Source: Thermodesulfobacteriota bacterium
Lineage (GTDB): Bacteria; Desulfobacterota; GWC2-55-46; JADFVP01
NCBI GenBank assembly: GCA_036986055.1
Contig: BTQV01000001.1
Location: 1-32,311, forward strand
Direction of reading: 5' to 3'
DNA: 32,311 nt
Shown: positions 23,405 through 31,886 of the stretch, piece after piece
How the letters are laid out: every line of letters starts with the position of its first letter
Numbering within the stretch: position 1 is the first letter of the stretch
Translations under genes and position numbers: made by a program
The notes under the pieces: generated by a model
Told to the model about the DNA's origin: nothing
What the model saw: the letters and a program-made list of their open reading frames with translations, nothing else
Database searches by the model: none

Positions 23405-23428
23405 AATAAAAAACCCGGGTGGCCCCTT

Positions 23429-23866
23429 CTACCCGCTTATCTCCTCGCGCTTAAGCCCCATTACCTTTATTGATATGAGCCTCGTTCTCGGGCCGTCGAA
23501 CTCGGAAAAATATATGGTCTGCCACTCGCCAAGGGCGAGCCTGCCCCTTGTCACCGGCAGCGTCACGCCGTGGCCGATAAGAAGGGATTTTATATGGGCG
23601 TCGGCGTTCTTTCCGAACTCACCCTTGTTGTGCCTGTAGGTGGATTTGTCCGGGACTATCTCCCTTAAAACATCCTGAAGGTCTTCGTTCAGGTCAGGGT
23701 CGGCGTAATTAAGATAGACCGAAGTGGTGGTATGCCCCGTTGAGACAAGCGCCATGCCTTCGTATATTTCGCTTTCCAGTACCGTCGCCTCCACCTGGTC
23801 GGTGATATTTATCTCCTCGGTCTTGCCTGCCGTCTTAACCCTGATGGAACTTGTAAAAACCTTCAA
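23429..23866 (-). CDS. yjbQ: YjbQ/UPF0047 family protein (secondary thiamine-phosphate synthase)
   Basis: Motifs TGHTTTSV and NADAHIKSLLIGHGVTLPV. TTG start 5 nt after AGGAGG. Confidence 0.85.
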   Translation of the reverse strand: MKVFTSSIRVKTAGKTEEINITDQVEATVLESEIYEGMALVSTGHTTTSVYLNYADPDLNEDLQDVLREIVPDKSTYRHNKGEFGKNADAHIKSLLIGHGVTLPVTRGRLALGEWQTIYFSEFDGPRTRLISIKVMGLKREEISG

Positions 23867-23978
23867 AGTCTCCTCCTTGAAATTTTTTTAAGCCAAAAAA
23901 CAACCGAAAAACTTTACCGCCGTATTATACAGTATAAGGTGAACCAAGGCTATATTTAATAGCGGCGCTTACGGGCGT

Positions 23979-24737
23979 CTAAAGTAGCGCCGGCAAAATG
24001 GCCCCCGCACTACCCTTGAGGACCGCGTCCATGACAGACGAAAGAGGGGTGGACTCGGGGTTTACCTCGGCGACGTATGCCCCGGCCTGCTTTGCCTTGA
24101 ACGCGAGAGAGGCGGCAGGCTGGACGACCCCCGATGTGCCTATGACCATCATAAAGTCCGCTCTCGCGGCCGCGTTAAGGGCCGCCCTAAAGACCTCTTC
24201 GGGGAGCGCCTCGCCGAACCAGACCACACCGGGCCTCAAAAGCCCTCCGCAGGCGCATACCGGGACCTCTGTAAGCCCGACGGTCCTATCCTCAATGACG
24301 GCGGCGCATTTGACGCACCTTAATTTCCATATGGAGCCATGAAGTTCGAGTACATTCACACTTCCCGCCGCCTGGTGAAGCCCGTCCACGTTCTGGGTTA
24401 TGATGGTGACCCGTCCGGCCCCTTTCTCTTTTTCAATCCTTGCGAGCGCCTCGTGCGCGGCGTTGGGTTTTACACCTGAAAGTATCTTCCTCCTCCAGTC
24501 GTACCACTGCCATACAAGCCAGGGGTCTCTTTTAAAGGCGCCCGGTGTGGCGAGGTCTTCTGGCCTGAAATTACGCCACAGGCCCTCCTCCCCCCTGAAG
24601 GTAGGAACACCGCTCTCGGCGGATACCCCGGCGCCGGTGAGAAAGACGGGCGTTTGCGCGCCCTTGAGCCTCTTTTTTACTTCCTCCATCATATCCAATC
24701 CAATATCTATATAAGGACTTTTCCGCCCTGAGGTCAA
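23979..24737 (-). CDS. cobB: NAD-dependent protein deacylase (Sir2/CobB sirtuin)
   Basis: Motifs TGAGVSAESGVPTFRG, QNVDGLH and LHGS, with the zinc ribbon CVKC...CAC. The true start may be the ATG at 24692 (MMEEVKK) rather than the TTG at 24737. Confidence 0.88.
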   Translation of the reverse strand: MTSGRKSPYIDIGLDMMEEVKKRLKGAQTPVFLTGAGVSAESGVPTFRGEEGLWRNFRPEDLATPGAFKRDPWLVWQWYDWRRKILSGVKPNAAHEALARIEKEKGAGRVTIITQNVDGLHQAAGSVNVLELHGSIWKLRCVKCAAVIEDRTVGLTEVPVCACGGLLRPGVVWFGEALPEEVFRAALNAAARADFMMVIGTSGVVQPAASLAFKAKQAGAYVAEVNPESTPLSSVMDAVLKGSAGAILPALL

Positions 24738-24792
24738 GTAATTATTTGGCCCGGAAGAGCCACGGGGGCGGGCGGCGCAAATAAGCTTTGCC

Positions 24793-24821
24793 TTGACATT
24801 TTCTCTTAGTGCCTCAATAAT
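24793..24821 (+). promoter_or_regulatory. sigma70-type promoter candidate for the 136-aa secreted protein gene
   Basis: TTGACA (24793-24798), 17 nt, then AATAAT (24816-24821). A GAGG Shine-Dalgarno lies 9 nt before the ATG at 24863. Confidence 0.45.
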
Positions 24822-24862
24822 AATAACGCTTAAGAGTACGGAATAAACCGAGGCAACCGATA

Positions 24863-25273
24863 ATGATGAACAAAAAAACTCTATGGATAGTACCCGCCCT
24901 CTTTTTCTGGATTCTCTTAACGGGCATGGGCGCCGCGCCCGGGCCCGAGGTACCGATTCCTGACATAGACTTCAGGGCCACGGTAACCGACGTTCAGGGC
25001 ATTTCCACGAAATTGGCGAACGTCACCTGGGAGGGCAAGACCTATTTTACCGGCTCAAGGGGCAAGGGCATCGTCACCATAGGCTTTGAGAAGGTAAAAA
25101 AAATCTCGGGCACCGGGAGCGCCGAGGGGAATAAAAAGGACTTTCAGGTCACGCTCAAAAACGGCGGCGTCGTGGCCATAAGTTTTGACAAGGACGCCAA
25201 CTTCGCCGGGGCCACGAGTTTCGGCACTTTCAGGATACAGGCCAAGAACATAAAAAAGATCGTCTTTAAATGA
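24863..25273 (+). CDS. Hypothetical secreted protein with an internal two-repeat structure
   Basis: Signal peptide MMNKKTLWIVPALFFWILLTGMGAAPG. It has its own promoter, Shine-Dalgarno and terminator. I recognise no family. Confidence 0.6.
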   Translation: MMNKKTLWIVPALFFWILLTGMGAAPGPEVPIPDIDFRATVTDVQGISTKLANVTWEGKTYFTGSRGKGIVTIGFEKVKKISGTGSAEGNKKDFQVTLKNGGVVAISFDKDANFAGATSFGTFRIQAKNIKKIVFK

Positions 25274-25305
25274 CCTTTACGCCGGGACGGCGGTCAGGTT
25301 TTTTC
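25273..25305 (+). terminator. Rho-independent terminator candidate
   Basis: ACCT-tta-CGCCG-gga-CGGCG-gtc-AGGT interrupted stem followed directly by TTTTT(T). Confidence 0.45.
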
Positions 25306-25330
25306 CCTGGGGTTCCAAACCCGGGGGTTC

Positions 25331-25756
25331 CTACGATAGTGTGGCAAGGATGTTCTTCAGGTGTATCGCCGAGGCCGTATCCCCCTCTATCTCCAACTTC
25401 CTCGAAAAGAATACCGTATCCGGGTCCGCTTTGCCCGTAAAGACGTCAAAGAGGACCTTTACATCACCGCTCATGGTTACATCGGGACTTTGAGCCCGGT
25501 GAAGCGACACCTTTATCTCTCCCCCCTCTATACGGAGAAAGAATTTTTTCTTTATATCCCTGGCCTCGAACAAAAAGACCTTGCCGTCGAGTTCCGCGAG
25601 CCTCTTCTTCAATGCCGGGTTCTTTTCCACTATGCAGGCCAGAAAGGCGCCCACGCCTATGGCCTCCATAAAGACGGGGGTGGCCTTGAGCGTGAAGGCC
25701 GTCCCCTTCAAACCAATCTCCTTGAGCCTCTCGAGTATTTTTTTCTTCTCAGCCAT
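25331..25756 (-). CDS. SCP2 sterol/lipid-binding domain protein (UbiT/UbiJ-like quinone-biosynthesis accessory factor)
   Basis: SCP2 C-terminal signature DTVFFSRKLEIEGDTASAIHLKNIL. It sits directly downstream of ubiE and ubiB. Confidence 0.7.
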   Translation of the reverse strand: MAEKKKILERLKEIGLKGTAFTLKATPVFMEAIGVGAFLACIVEKNPALKKRLAELDGKVFLFEARDIKKKFFLRIEGGEIKVSLHRAQSPDVTMSGDVKVLFDVFTGKADPDTVFFSRKLEIEGDTASAIHLKNILATLS

Positions 25757-25816
25757 AAAAAACCGTCCCGTTGATTTTTACTGACGCCTTCAAGTCCGTT
25801 GCAACGCCCTTGCGCG

Positions 25817-26599
25817 TCAGACCTTGGTGCCCGTATGTATGGCCGCCACACCACCCATGATGTTACGGTAGCGGACCCTGAAAAGCCCCACCTCCTCCAT
25901 CATCGCCTTGAACTCCTCCTGTGGAGGAAACTTTCTTATGGACTCGGGGAGATAGACGTAGGCGTCCCGGTTTCCCGTAACGGCTTCGCCAACGGCGGGG
26001 ATGAACTTGAAGGAATAGATATCGTAGAGTCTGGCAAGCAGCGGGTCTTTGACGTGCGAGAACTCCAGGCACACGACCCTGCCGCCAGGCTTCACGACCC
26101 TCGTCATCTCCTTTAGCGCCTCCTTGAGGTGCGTTACGTTCCTTATGCCAAAGCCAACGGTTGCCGCGTGAAAGGTATTGTCAACAAAGGAGATGGCCTC
26201 GGCGTTGCCCTGTACGAATTTTATATTATTAAGGAAACCCCTGTCCACGCACTTCTTCCTGCCCTTTAAGAGCATGCCCCCGTTAATGTCGTAGACTACC
26301 ACGCGTCCAGCCCCGCCCACGCGCCCGGCCAGGAGTATGCCTATGTCGGCTGTGCCCCCGGCAACGTCTATGGCGCTCTCACCCTCGCGGAGACGGGTCT
26401 CGGAAGCCACCATCCTCTTCCACAACCTGTGGGTGCCAAGGCTCATAAGGTCGTTCATGAGGTCGTACTTGGGGGCCACTGAATCGAAGACCTCCCTGAC
26501 CCTGCCCTCTTTCTCCTCCTCGGGGATTACCTCCTCGCCGAAGTGGGTCGTCTTTTTTCCCTTTTTTTCGTCCATTATTCTCTCTTTGTGACAGCCCAT
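25817..26599 (-). CDS. ubiE: Demethylmenaquinone/ubiquinone C-methyltransferase
   Basis: Motifs YDLMNDLMSLGTHRLWKR, DVAGGTADI and the RVVCLEFS SAM-methyltransferase motif. The start may be the second ATG at 26575 (MDEKK). Confidence 0.88.
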   Translation of the reverse strand: MGCHKERIMDEKKGKKTTHFGEEVIPEEEKEGRVREVFDSVAPKYDLMNDLMSLGTHRLWKRMVASETRLREGESAIDVAGGTADIGILLAGRVGGAGRVVVYDINGGMLLKGRKKCVDRGFLNNIKFVQGNAEAISFVDNTFHAATVGFGIRNVTHLKEALKEMTRVVKPGGRVVCLEFSHVKDPLLARLYDIYSFKFIPAVGEAVTGNRDAYVYLPESIRKFPPQEEFKAMMEEVGLFRVRYRNIMGGVAAIHTGTKV

Positions 26600-26644
26600 T
26601 CTACATGGGGGGTTTACCTGCCGCTAAAAGCCGCCAGAGGCGGG

Positions 26645-28312
26645 CTACCTCTTTGCCCTGCCCGCAAACGCCCATACCCCGAGCACAAGGGCCAGGATAA
26701 AACCTACGACGCTAACCACCGGTACCCCAAGGAGTTCCACCCCGCCGTCGCCGGCGAATACCGCCACAAGGGCCGAAGCCACCACGATAGAACCCGCCAG
26801 AAAACCACCTGCCACGCGCCTGCCCGCAGAGTCGAGCCCGGCGGCCACTTCATCGAGCCTGTGGTGAACAAAACCTATCCTTATCTCGTCCTTGAGGGCC
26901 TTTGTGATGAGGCTGTTCATATTGACGGGTATATCAAGGGCGGCCCCCATGAGGTCTTCGGCGCCGCGCGTGCCTTTTTCATATAATGCCTTCGGTGAAA
27001 ATTTCTCCTTTATCATCCATTTCGTAACAAGCGGCCCGGCCACGTCCCACATGTTGATCTCCGGGTAGAGCTGCCTACCCACGCCCTCGATTATAACCAT
27101 GGACTTTTGCAGGAGCAGGAGGTTGGGCTGGAGCCTCATGTTGAAGCGCCGCGCCGTATGGATGAGTTTCATAAGGAGCGCCGAGATGTTTATGTGCTCC
27201 AGCGTCCTGCCGAAGATAGGCTCGGAGATATCCCTGAGCGTATCCTCGAACTCGTAGATGTCGACGTCCTCGTCGATAAGTTTCATGTCCCTGTGCACAA
27301 GGGCCATCCTGTAATAATCCTTCTTGATGAGGTAGTAGAGCATGGAGGCGAGGTATTTCCTGACCCCCCTGTCGAGCCTCCCGATAATCCCGAAGTCGAG
27401 ATAGATTATCACGCCGTCGTCCCTCACGAAGATGTTGCCCGGATGGAGGTCGGCGTGGAATACGCCGTAATCGAAGACCTGCCTGAAAAAGAGCTCTATC
27501 CCCTTTACCGCGACCTTCTTTATGTCCACACCCTTGTCTCTTATCCGCGCAACCTCGTCTATGGGCGTGCCGCTTATCCTCTCCATGGTAAGTACGTCCT
27601 CGGTGGTGTAGTCCCACCAGACCATGGGTATCTGTATGTCCGGGTCGTCCTTGAACATGTTGTAGAAGAGGTCTATGTTGCCCCCCTCGATGGTGAAGTC
27701 CTGCTCCTTGATAATGACCTTCTCGAACTCGTGCACCACCTCTTCGGGCCTGTAACGTCTTGACTGGGGCACATACTTCACAAGGAGCCCGGCCACTGTA
27801 TGCATTACCGACATGTCCGAGGCTATTATGCGCTCTATACCCGGGCGCTTGACCTTAACGGCCACCGCCGTGCCGTCACGAAGCTCGGCCAGATGAACCT
27901 GGGCTATGGAGGCCGAGGCCACGGGCTCTACTGCAAAGGAAGAGAATATGTTTTCAACAGGCGCGCCGAGGGACTTCTCAACAACCTTTCGCACCTCTTC
28001 ATAGGGGAAAGGCGGGACCATGTCCTGGAGTTTCTTGAACTCGTCGATCCAGGCCGTAGGGAGGAGGTCGGCCCTTGTGGAGGCGATCTGGCCGAGCTTG
28101 ATAAACGTCGGGCCCAGGTCTTCGAGGACGAGCCTCACCCTTTCAGGCTCGGTCAGTTTGCCCACATTCTTTTTGGAGACAAAGACCCTTTCGAGGGTGG
28201 AGATGAAGGGCACTATCCTCATCCTGGAGACGAGTCCGCCGAAGCCGTACCTTATGAGGGTGACGACTATCCTGTTGAGCCTGCCGATGTTCTTGAACTT
28301 GTTAATCGCCAT
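26645..28312 (-). CDS. ubiB: ABC1/UbiB-family atypical kinase
   Basis: Motifs LGPTFIKLGQIASTRADLLP, ASIAQVH and HADLHPGN, with two C-terminal TM helices. The start is set at the ATG at 28312 (MAINKF), 13 nt after the upstream gene's stop. The track ORF to 28402 would overlap that gene. Confidence 0.88.
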   Translation of the reverse strand: MAINKFKNIGRLNRIVVTLIRYGFGGLVSRMRIVPFISTLERVFVSKKNVGKLTEPERVRLVLEDLGPTFIKLGQIASTRADLLPTAWIDEFKKLQDMVPPFPYEEVRKVVEKSLGAPVENIFSSFAVEPVASASIAQVHLAELRDGTAVAVKVKRPGIERIIASDMSVMHTVAGLLVKYVPQSRRYRPEEVVHEFEKVIIKEQDFTIEGGNIDLFYNMFKDDPDIQIPMVWWDYTTEDVLTMERISGTPIDEVARIRDKGVDIKKVAVKGIELFFRQVFDYGVFHADLHPGNIFVRDDGVIIYLDFGIIGRLDRGVRKYLASMLYYLIKKDYYRMALVHRDMKLIDEDVDIYEFEDTLRDISEPIFGRTLEHINISALLMKLIHTARRFNMRLQPNLLLLQKSMVIIEGVGRQLYPEINMWDVAGPLVTKWMIKEKFSPKALYEKGTRGAEDLMGAALDIPVNMNSLITKALKDEIRIGFVHHRLDEVAAGLDSAGRRVAGGFLAGSIVVASALVAVFAGDGGVELLGVPVVSVVGFILALVLGVWAFAGRAKR

Positions 28313-28325
28313 AATGTTGTTAAGT

Positions 28326-28745
28326 CTACTTCCGCTCCTTTTTGAGCGCATCCTCAAGGGCCGCGACCCTCTTCTCCAGCGCGTCGACCTTTTCCCGCGC
28401 AACCCTTGCCATCTCCTTTACAACATCCATATCCTCGCTCGTGGCGGCATGGAGTTTGTCGAGCACCTTCTCCGACGAGCCGGAGAGTTCTTTCTCCACC
28501 TTGGCCCTGGCGGCGTTTATGGTAGAGAGGAGTTCCTTAAGGAGGCCCACCCCCTCGTCGACGAGTTTGTTCTCAACGACCTCTTTGGGCGTCAAATGCT
28601 CACCCCCCTCTCCCCCTTCCCCTGCTTTCGCCGCCTCTTTCTCCGATTCTTCCGTGCCGCTCTTCTGGAGTTCTTCGAGGACCTCTTTGAGTTTCTTGTC
28701 AAGCCCCATGCCTATAAGAATGGCTTTGTCCAGCAAATCCGACAT
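28326..28745 (-). CDS. Phasin-like (COG3937-type) coiled-coil protein
   Basis: N-terminus MSDLLDKAILIGMGL, an acidic Gly/Glu-rich linker, and the C-terminal heptad region EKVDALEKRVAALEDALKK. Confidence 0.6.
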   Translation of the reverse strand: MSDLLDKAILIGMGLDKKLKEVLEELQKSGTEESEKEAAKAGEGGEGGEHLTPKEVVENKLVDEGVGLLKELLSTINAARAKVEKELSGSSEKVLDKLHAATSEDMDVVKEMARVAREKVDALEKRVAALEDALKKERK

Positions 28746-28802
28746 ATAGACCTCCCCTTTGTTTCGTAAAAAGACCTTTACGCGCCTGTAATAATAAAAG
28801 GC

Positions 28803-29714
28803 TCAGTTCGTCCCGGCGGCCTCTTCCGGGACGCGTTCAAAAAAATCCTTGCCCGCGGCCCCGGCGTACCAGCCGTTGCATAACCTCCCGCCGCTCAACA
28901 ACCTGAGTTCGGCGACGGCCTCGTCCGCGCCCAGCGAGCCTTCGAGCCTCTTCCTGAATATCCCGATTATCTTCCCCGTGTCATTGTACTGGGGGGAAAT
29001 CCTCAGCCCCTTTACGCCTATCGCCCTCAAGTCTTCGACGAAGCCGGCAAGTGTATATGCGTCGGCGCTCAATACAGAGGTGCCGCTCAATGTAAAGAGC
29101 GGGGACCCCTCCATGGTCTTTATTAAAATCCCATCGGGTTCGTCCTTGCAGTTACGCCTGCATTCCGACTTTGTGAGCCCCGAGGCCCGCGCCGTATAAC
29201 ACCTCCATGAAAAGGCCAGCGGGAGCCTCCCGTGAGAGAAGACCTCTCCCTCTATACCGGTATTCCTTATATTGTACGCTATGGAATCCCTCGATAATTC
29301 CACGGGGAAGGTCACGCGCTTTATGCCCGTGCTTTGAAGAAACTCTATGCTCGGCACGTTGTAGGTCGTGATATGTGGGCCGGCGAAGACCTCCCTCTCC
29401 TTTGGGTCGGCCATGTTAAGCACTGACATATCGTTCGCCTCGACGGCGTATGGGAGTTTTAAGAGCCTCCTCGTGAACTCGAGCTCGTCTTCGTTGGATA
29501 TGACGGCGAGGCTTGAGAGGACCACCTTCTTGCCGGCCTTCTCGAGCATCTCCGCTATGGCGGGTATGTCCTCTGGCTTTAATGCCCTTTTCTTGGAGCA
29601 AAGGACCTCGCCGAGGTAGACCCTGTCAACAGAAGTCTCCGAGACCTCGCGGTAGAAATTAAAGAGGGCGTCTCTGGACCATTCATAGAGGACGGGCCCG
29701 AGCGTCAGTTCCAT
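28803..29714 (-). CDS. ubiV: U32-family protein of the UbiV (YhbV) type, an O2-independent quinone hydroxylase component
   Basis: N-terminus MELTLGPVLYEW...FYREV...VYLGEVLCSKKRA resembles YhbV as I recall it. Cys39, Cys172, Cys185 and Cys189 have the C...C-X12-C-X3-C spacing of the UbiV 4Fe-4S ligands. Confidence 0.75.
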   Translation of the reverse strand: MELTLGPVLYEWSRDALFNFYREVSETSVDRVYLGEVLCSKKRALKPEDIPAIAEMLEKAGKKVVLSSLAVISNEDELEFTRRLLKLPYAVEANDMSVLNMADPKEREVFAGPHITTYNVPSIEFLQSTGIKRVTFPVELSRDSIAYNIRNTGIEGEVFSHGRLPLAFSWRCYTARASGLTKSECRRNCKDEPDGILIKTMEGSPLFTLSGTSVLSADAYTLAGFVEDLRAIGVKGLRISPQYNDTGKIIGIFRKRLEGSLGADEAVAELRLLSGGRLCNGWYAGAAGKDFFERVPEEAAGTN

Positions 29715-29916
29715 AAAAAATCCTTAATTTGGTTTATGAGATTAGACTTATAAAGTATGCAACAGCGTCTTTTGAAAAACAAGTCTATTTTAAAAGAGGT
29801 TTTTAAAGAAATGCGACGCGCCTCAAGTCAATGGGGAGGAGTTTTCAATGAGCGGGTTTTTCCTTGGAAAGGGTGAGGGGGTGACGGGGTTGGGAAGGCG
29901 GGTCTTTTTAAATGCC

Positions 29917-30657
29917 TTAATATTTGACTTCCTTCAGGAAAAGTCCCCGGGCCGGCGCCGTTGCCGGGGCGACCCTCCTGTCCCTCGCCTCTATTATCCT
30001 TCCTATCTCAGAGGGCTCTATCTTTCCCATCCCCACAGCCGCAAGCGCGCCGACCATGTTCCTCACCATGTGCCTCAAGAAGGCCGTGCCCCTTACCTCG
30101 AATTCCAGGGCATCGTCTCCGGTCTTTTTTACCTCAACGGAGAGGACCTCCCTTATTGAATGGGGGGCGTCCGAGCCCGCGGCCCTGAAAGAGGTAAAAT
30201 CCTTTTTTCCCGGAAAATATCGCGCGCCGTGGCTCATAAGTTCCATATCAAGGGGCCTTGAGACGACCCAGCAAAAACGCCTCTGGACGGCAACGGGAAA
30301 CCCCCTGTTAACGACCCTGTAGACATAGGTCTTGGACAGGGCGCGCCTGCGTGCGTCGAACCCGGCGGGGGCCTCCTCGGCCCGTGTTACCACGATGTCT
30401 CCCGGGAGCATGGCGTTAAGCCCCTTGTGTATACTCGTTACAGGTATCTTTGAAGATGTGAGAAAATTCGCAGTCTGGCCCAGGGCATGCACCCCGGAGT
30501 CCGTCCTCGAAGCTCCGGTGAGCGAGACGGCCTCATTATTTGTGAGCCTCTTTATCGCCTCGATAACCGTACCCTGTACGGTAGGCCGGTCGGGCTGAAC
30601 CTGCCAGCCCGCGTACTCCGTGCCGTCGTACTCAAGGAGGATCTTTATGTTACGCAT
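29917..30657 (-). CDS. truA: tRNA pseudouridine(38-40) synthase
   Basis: Motifs LEYDGTEYAGWQVQP, the RTDSGVHA catalytic Asp motif, and FLRHMVRNMVG. Confidence 0.92.
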   Translation of the reverse strand: MRNIKILLEYDGTEYAGWQVQPDRPTVQGTVIEAIKRLTNNEAVSLTGASRTDSGVHALGQTANFLTSSKIPVTSIHKGLNAMLPGDIVVTRAEEAPAGFDARRRALSKTYVYRVVNRGFPVAVQRRFCWVVSRPLDMELMSHGARYFPGKKDFTSFRAAGSDAPHSIREVLSVEVKKTGDDALEFEVRGTAFLRHMVRNMVGALAAVGMGKIEPSEIGRIIEARDRRVAPATAPARGLFLKEVKY

Positions 30658-30696
30658 GGGGATATGTCTTTATGGAATAAGATACAGGCGGAAAAA

Positions 30697-31719
30697 TCAA
30701 ATATAATCCCTTATGAGTATCTCGGCGATCTGAACGGCGTTAAGCGCCGCGCCCTTCCTGAGATTGTCCGAGACGACCCAGATGTTTATGCCGTTATCGA
30801 CGGTAGAGTCTCTCCGGATCCTGCCCACGAAGACCTCGTCGCGCTCCGAGGCGTCAACAGAGGTGGGGTATATATTGTTGGCGGGGTCGTCCGCCACCTC
30901 AACCCCCGGTGAATTTTCAAGGAGTTCTCTTACCTCTTCGGGTGAAATTTCCTTTTCAGTCTCGATATTGACGGCCTCGGAATGGCCAATGAATACAGGG
31001 ACCCGCACCGTCGTGGCCGTGACCTTTACCGAATCGTCGCCCAGTATCTTCTTCGTCTCTTCTACCATCTTCATCTCTTCCCTGGTGTAGCCGTCGTCGA
31101 GGAAACTGTCTATATGGGGCAGGCAGTTAAATGCTATCTGGTGCGGAAATAACTTCTGCTTGACGGGCTTCATGCTAAAAAGCCCCCTCACCTGGTCGGA
31201 CAACTCATCCATCGCCTCCCTGCCGGCGCCGGAGACGGACTGGTAGGTGGATACCACGACCCTCTTTATCGTGAACCTGTCATGTATTGGTTTCAATGCC
31301 ACGACGAGCTGTATGGTGGAGCAGTTGGGGTTGGCGATGATGTTTTTGTTCTTGTAGAGGGCTATGGCCTCGGGGTTGACCTCGGGGACAACAAGGGGCA
31401 CGTCCGGGTCCATCCTGAACCGGCTCGTATTGTCGATGACGATGCAGCCCGCCTCAGCCGCCCTGGGCGCGTAGACGTCTGAAACGCTCGCCCCCGGAGA
31501 AAAAAGCCCTATATCGACACCCTCGAAGGTCTCATCATCAAGGTTCATGACAGGCTCCTCGCTCCCCCTGAAATCGAGTTGTTTACCTTTACTCCTCTCC
31601 GAAGCGAGGAGTTTTAACTCCCCCACGGGGAAATTCCTCTCTTCGAGGACCTTCAGAAACTCCTTGCCCACCATGCCCGTGGCACCTGCAACGGCCACGG
31701 TATAACTCTTCTTCTTCAC
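30697..31719 (-). CDS. asd: Aspartate-semialdehyde dehydrogenase
   Basis: Motifs VAVAGATGMVG, the IANPNCSTIQ active-site Cys, SGAGR and GHSEAV. GTG start. Confidence 0.92.
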   Translation of the reverse strand: MKKKSYTVAVAGATGMVGKEFLKVLEERNFPVGELKLLASERSKGKQLDFRGSEEPVMNLDDETFEGVDIGLFSPGASVSDVYAPRAAEAGCIVIDNTSRFRMDPDVPLVVPEVNPEAIALYKNKNIIANPNCSTIQLVVALKPIHDRFTIKRVVVSTYQSVSGAGREAMDELSDQVRGLFSMKPVKQKLFPHQIAFNCLPHIDSFLDDGYTREEMKMVEETKKILGDDSVKVTATTVRVPVFIGHSEAVNIETEKEISPEEVRELLENSPGVEVADDPANNIYPTSVDASERDEVFVGRIRRDSTVDNGINIWVVSDNLRKGAALNAVQIAEILIRDYI

Positions 31720-31803
31720 CCTATGCTACCTCTTTTATATTTTATTGCCACACCCTGCGCCATACCCGCTATAGATACGCCGGGGTGGGGAACATATCCC
31801 TAT

Positions 31804-31833
31804 ATGATAAAACAAAAGAGACCCTTTAGTCAA
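31804..31833 (-). promoter_or_regulatory. sigma70-type promoter candidate for asd-truA
   Basis: On the minus strand, TTGACT (31833-31828), 18 nt, then TATCAT (31809-31804). Confidence 0.4.
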
Positions 31834-31886
31834 ACTCGCTTTTCAGCGGCCTTAAAAGGCGCGTACGGCTTTTCGTCTCCCGTCAA

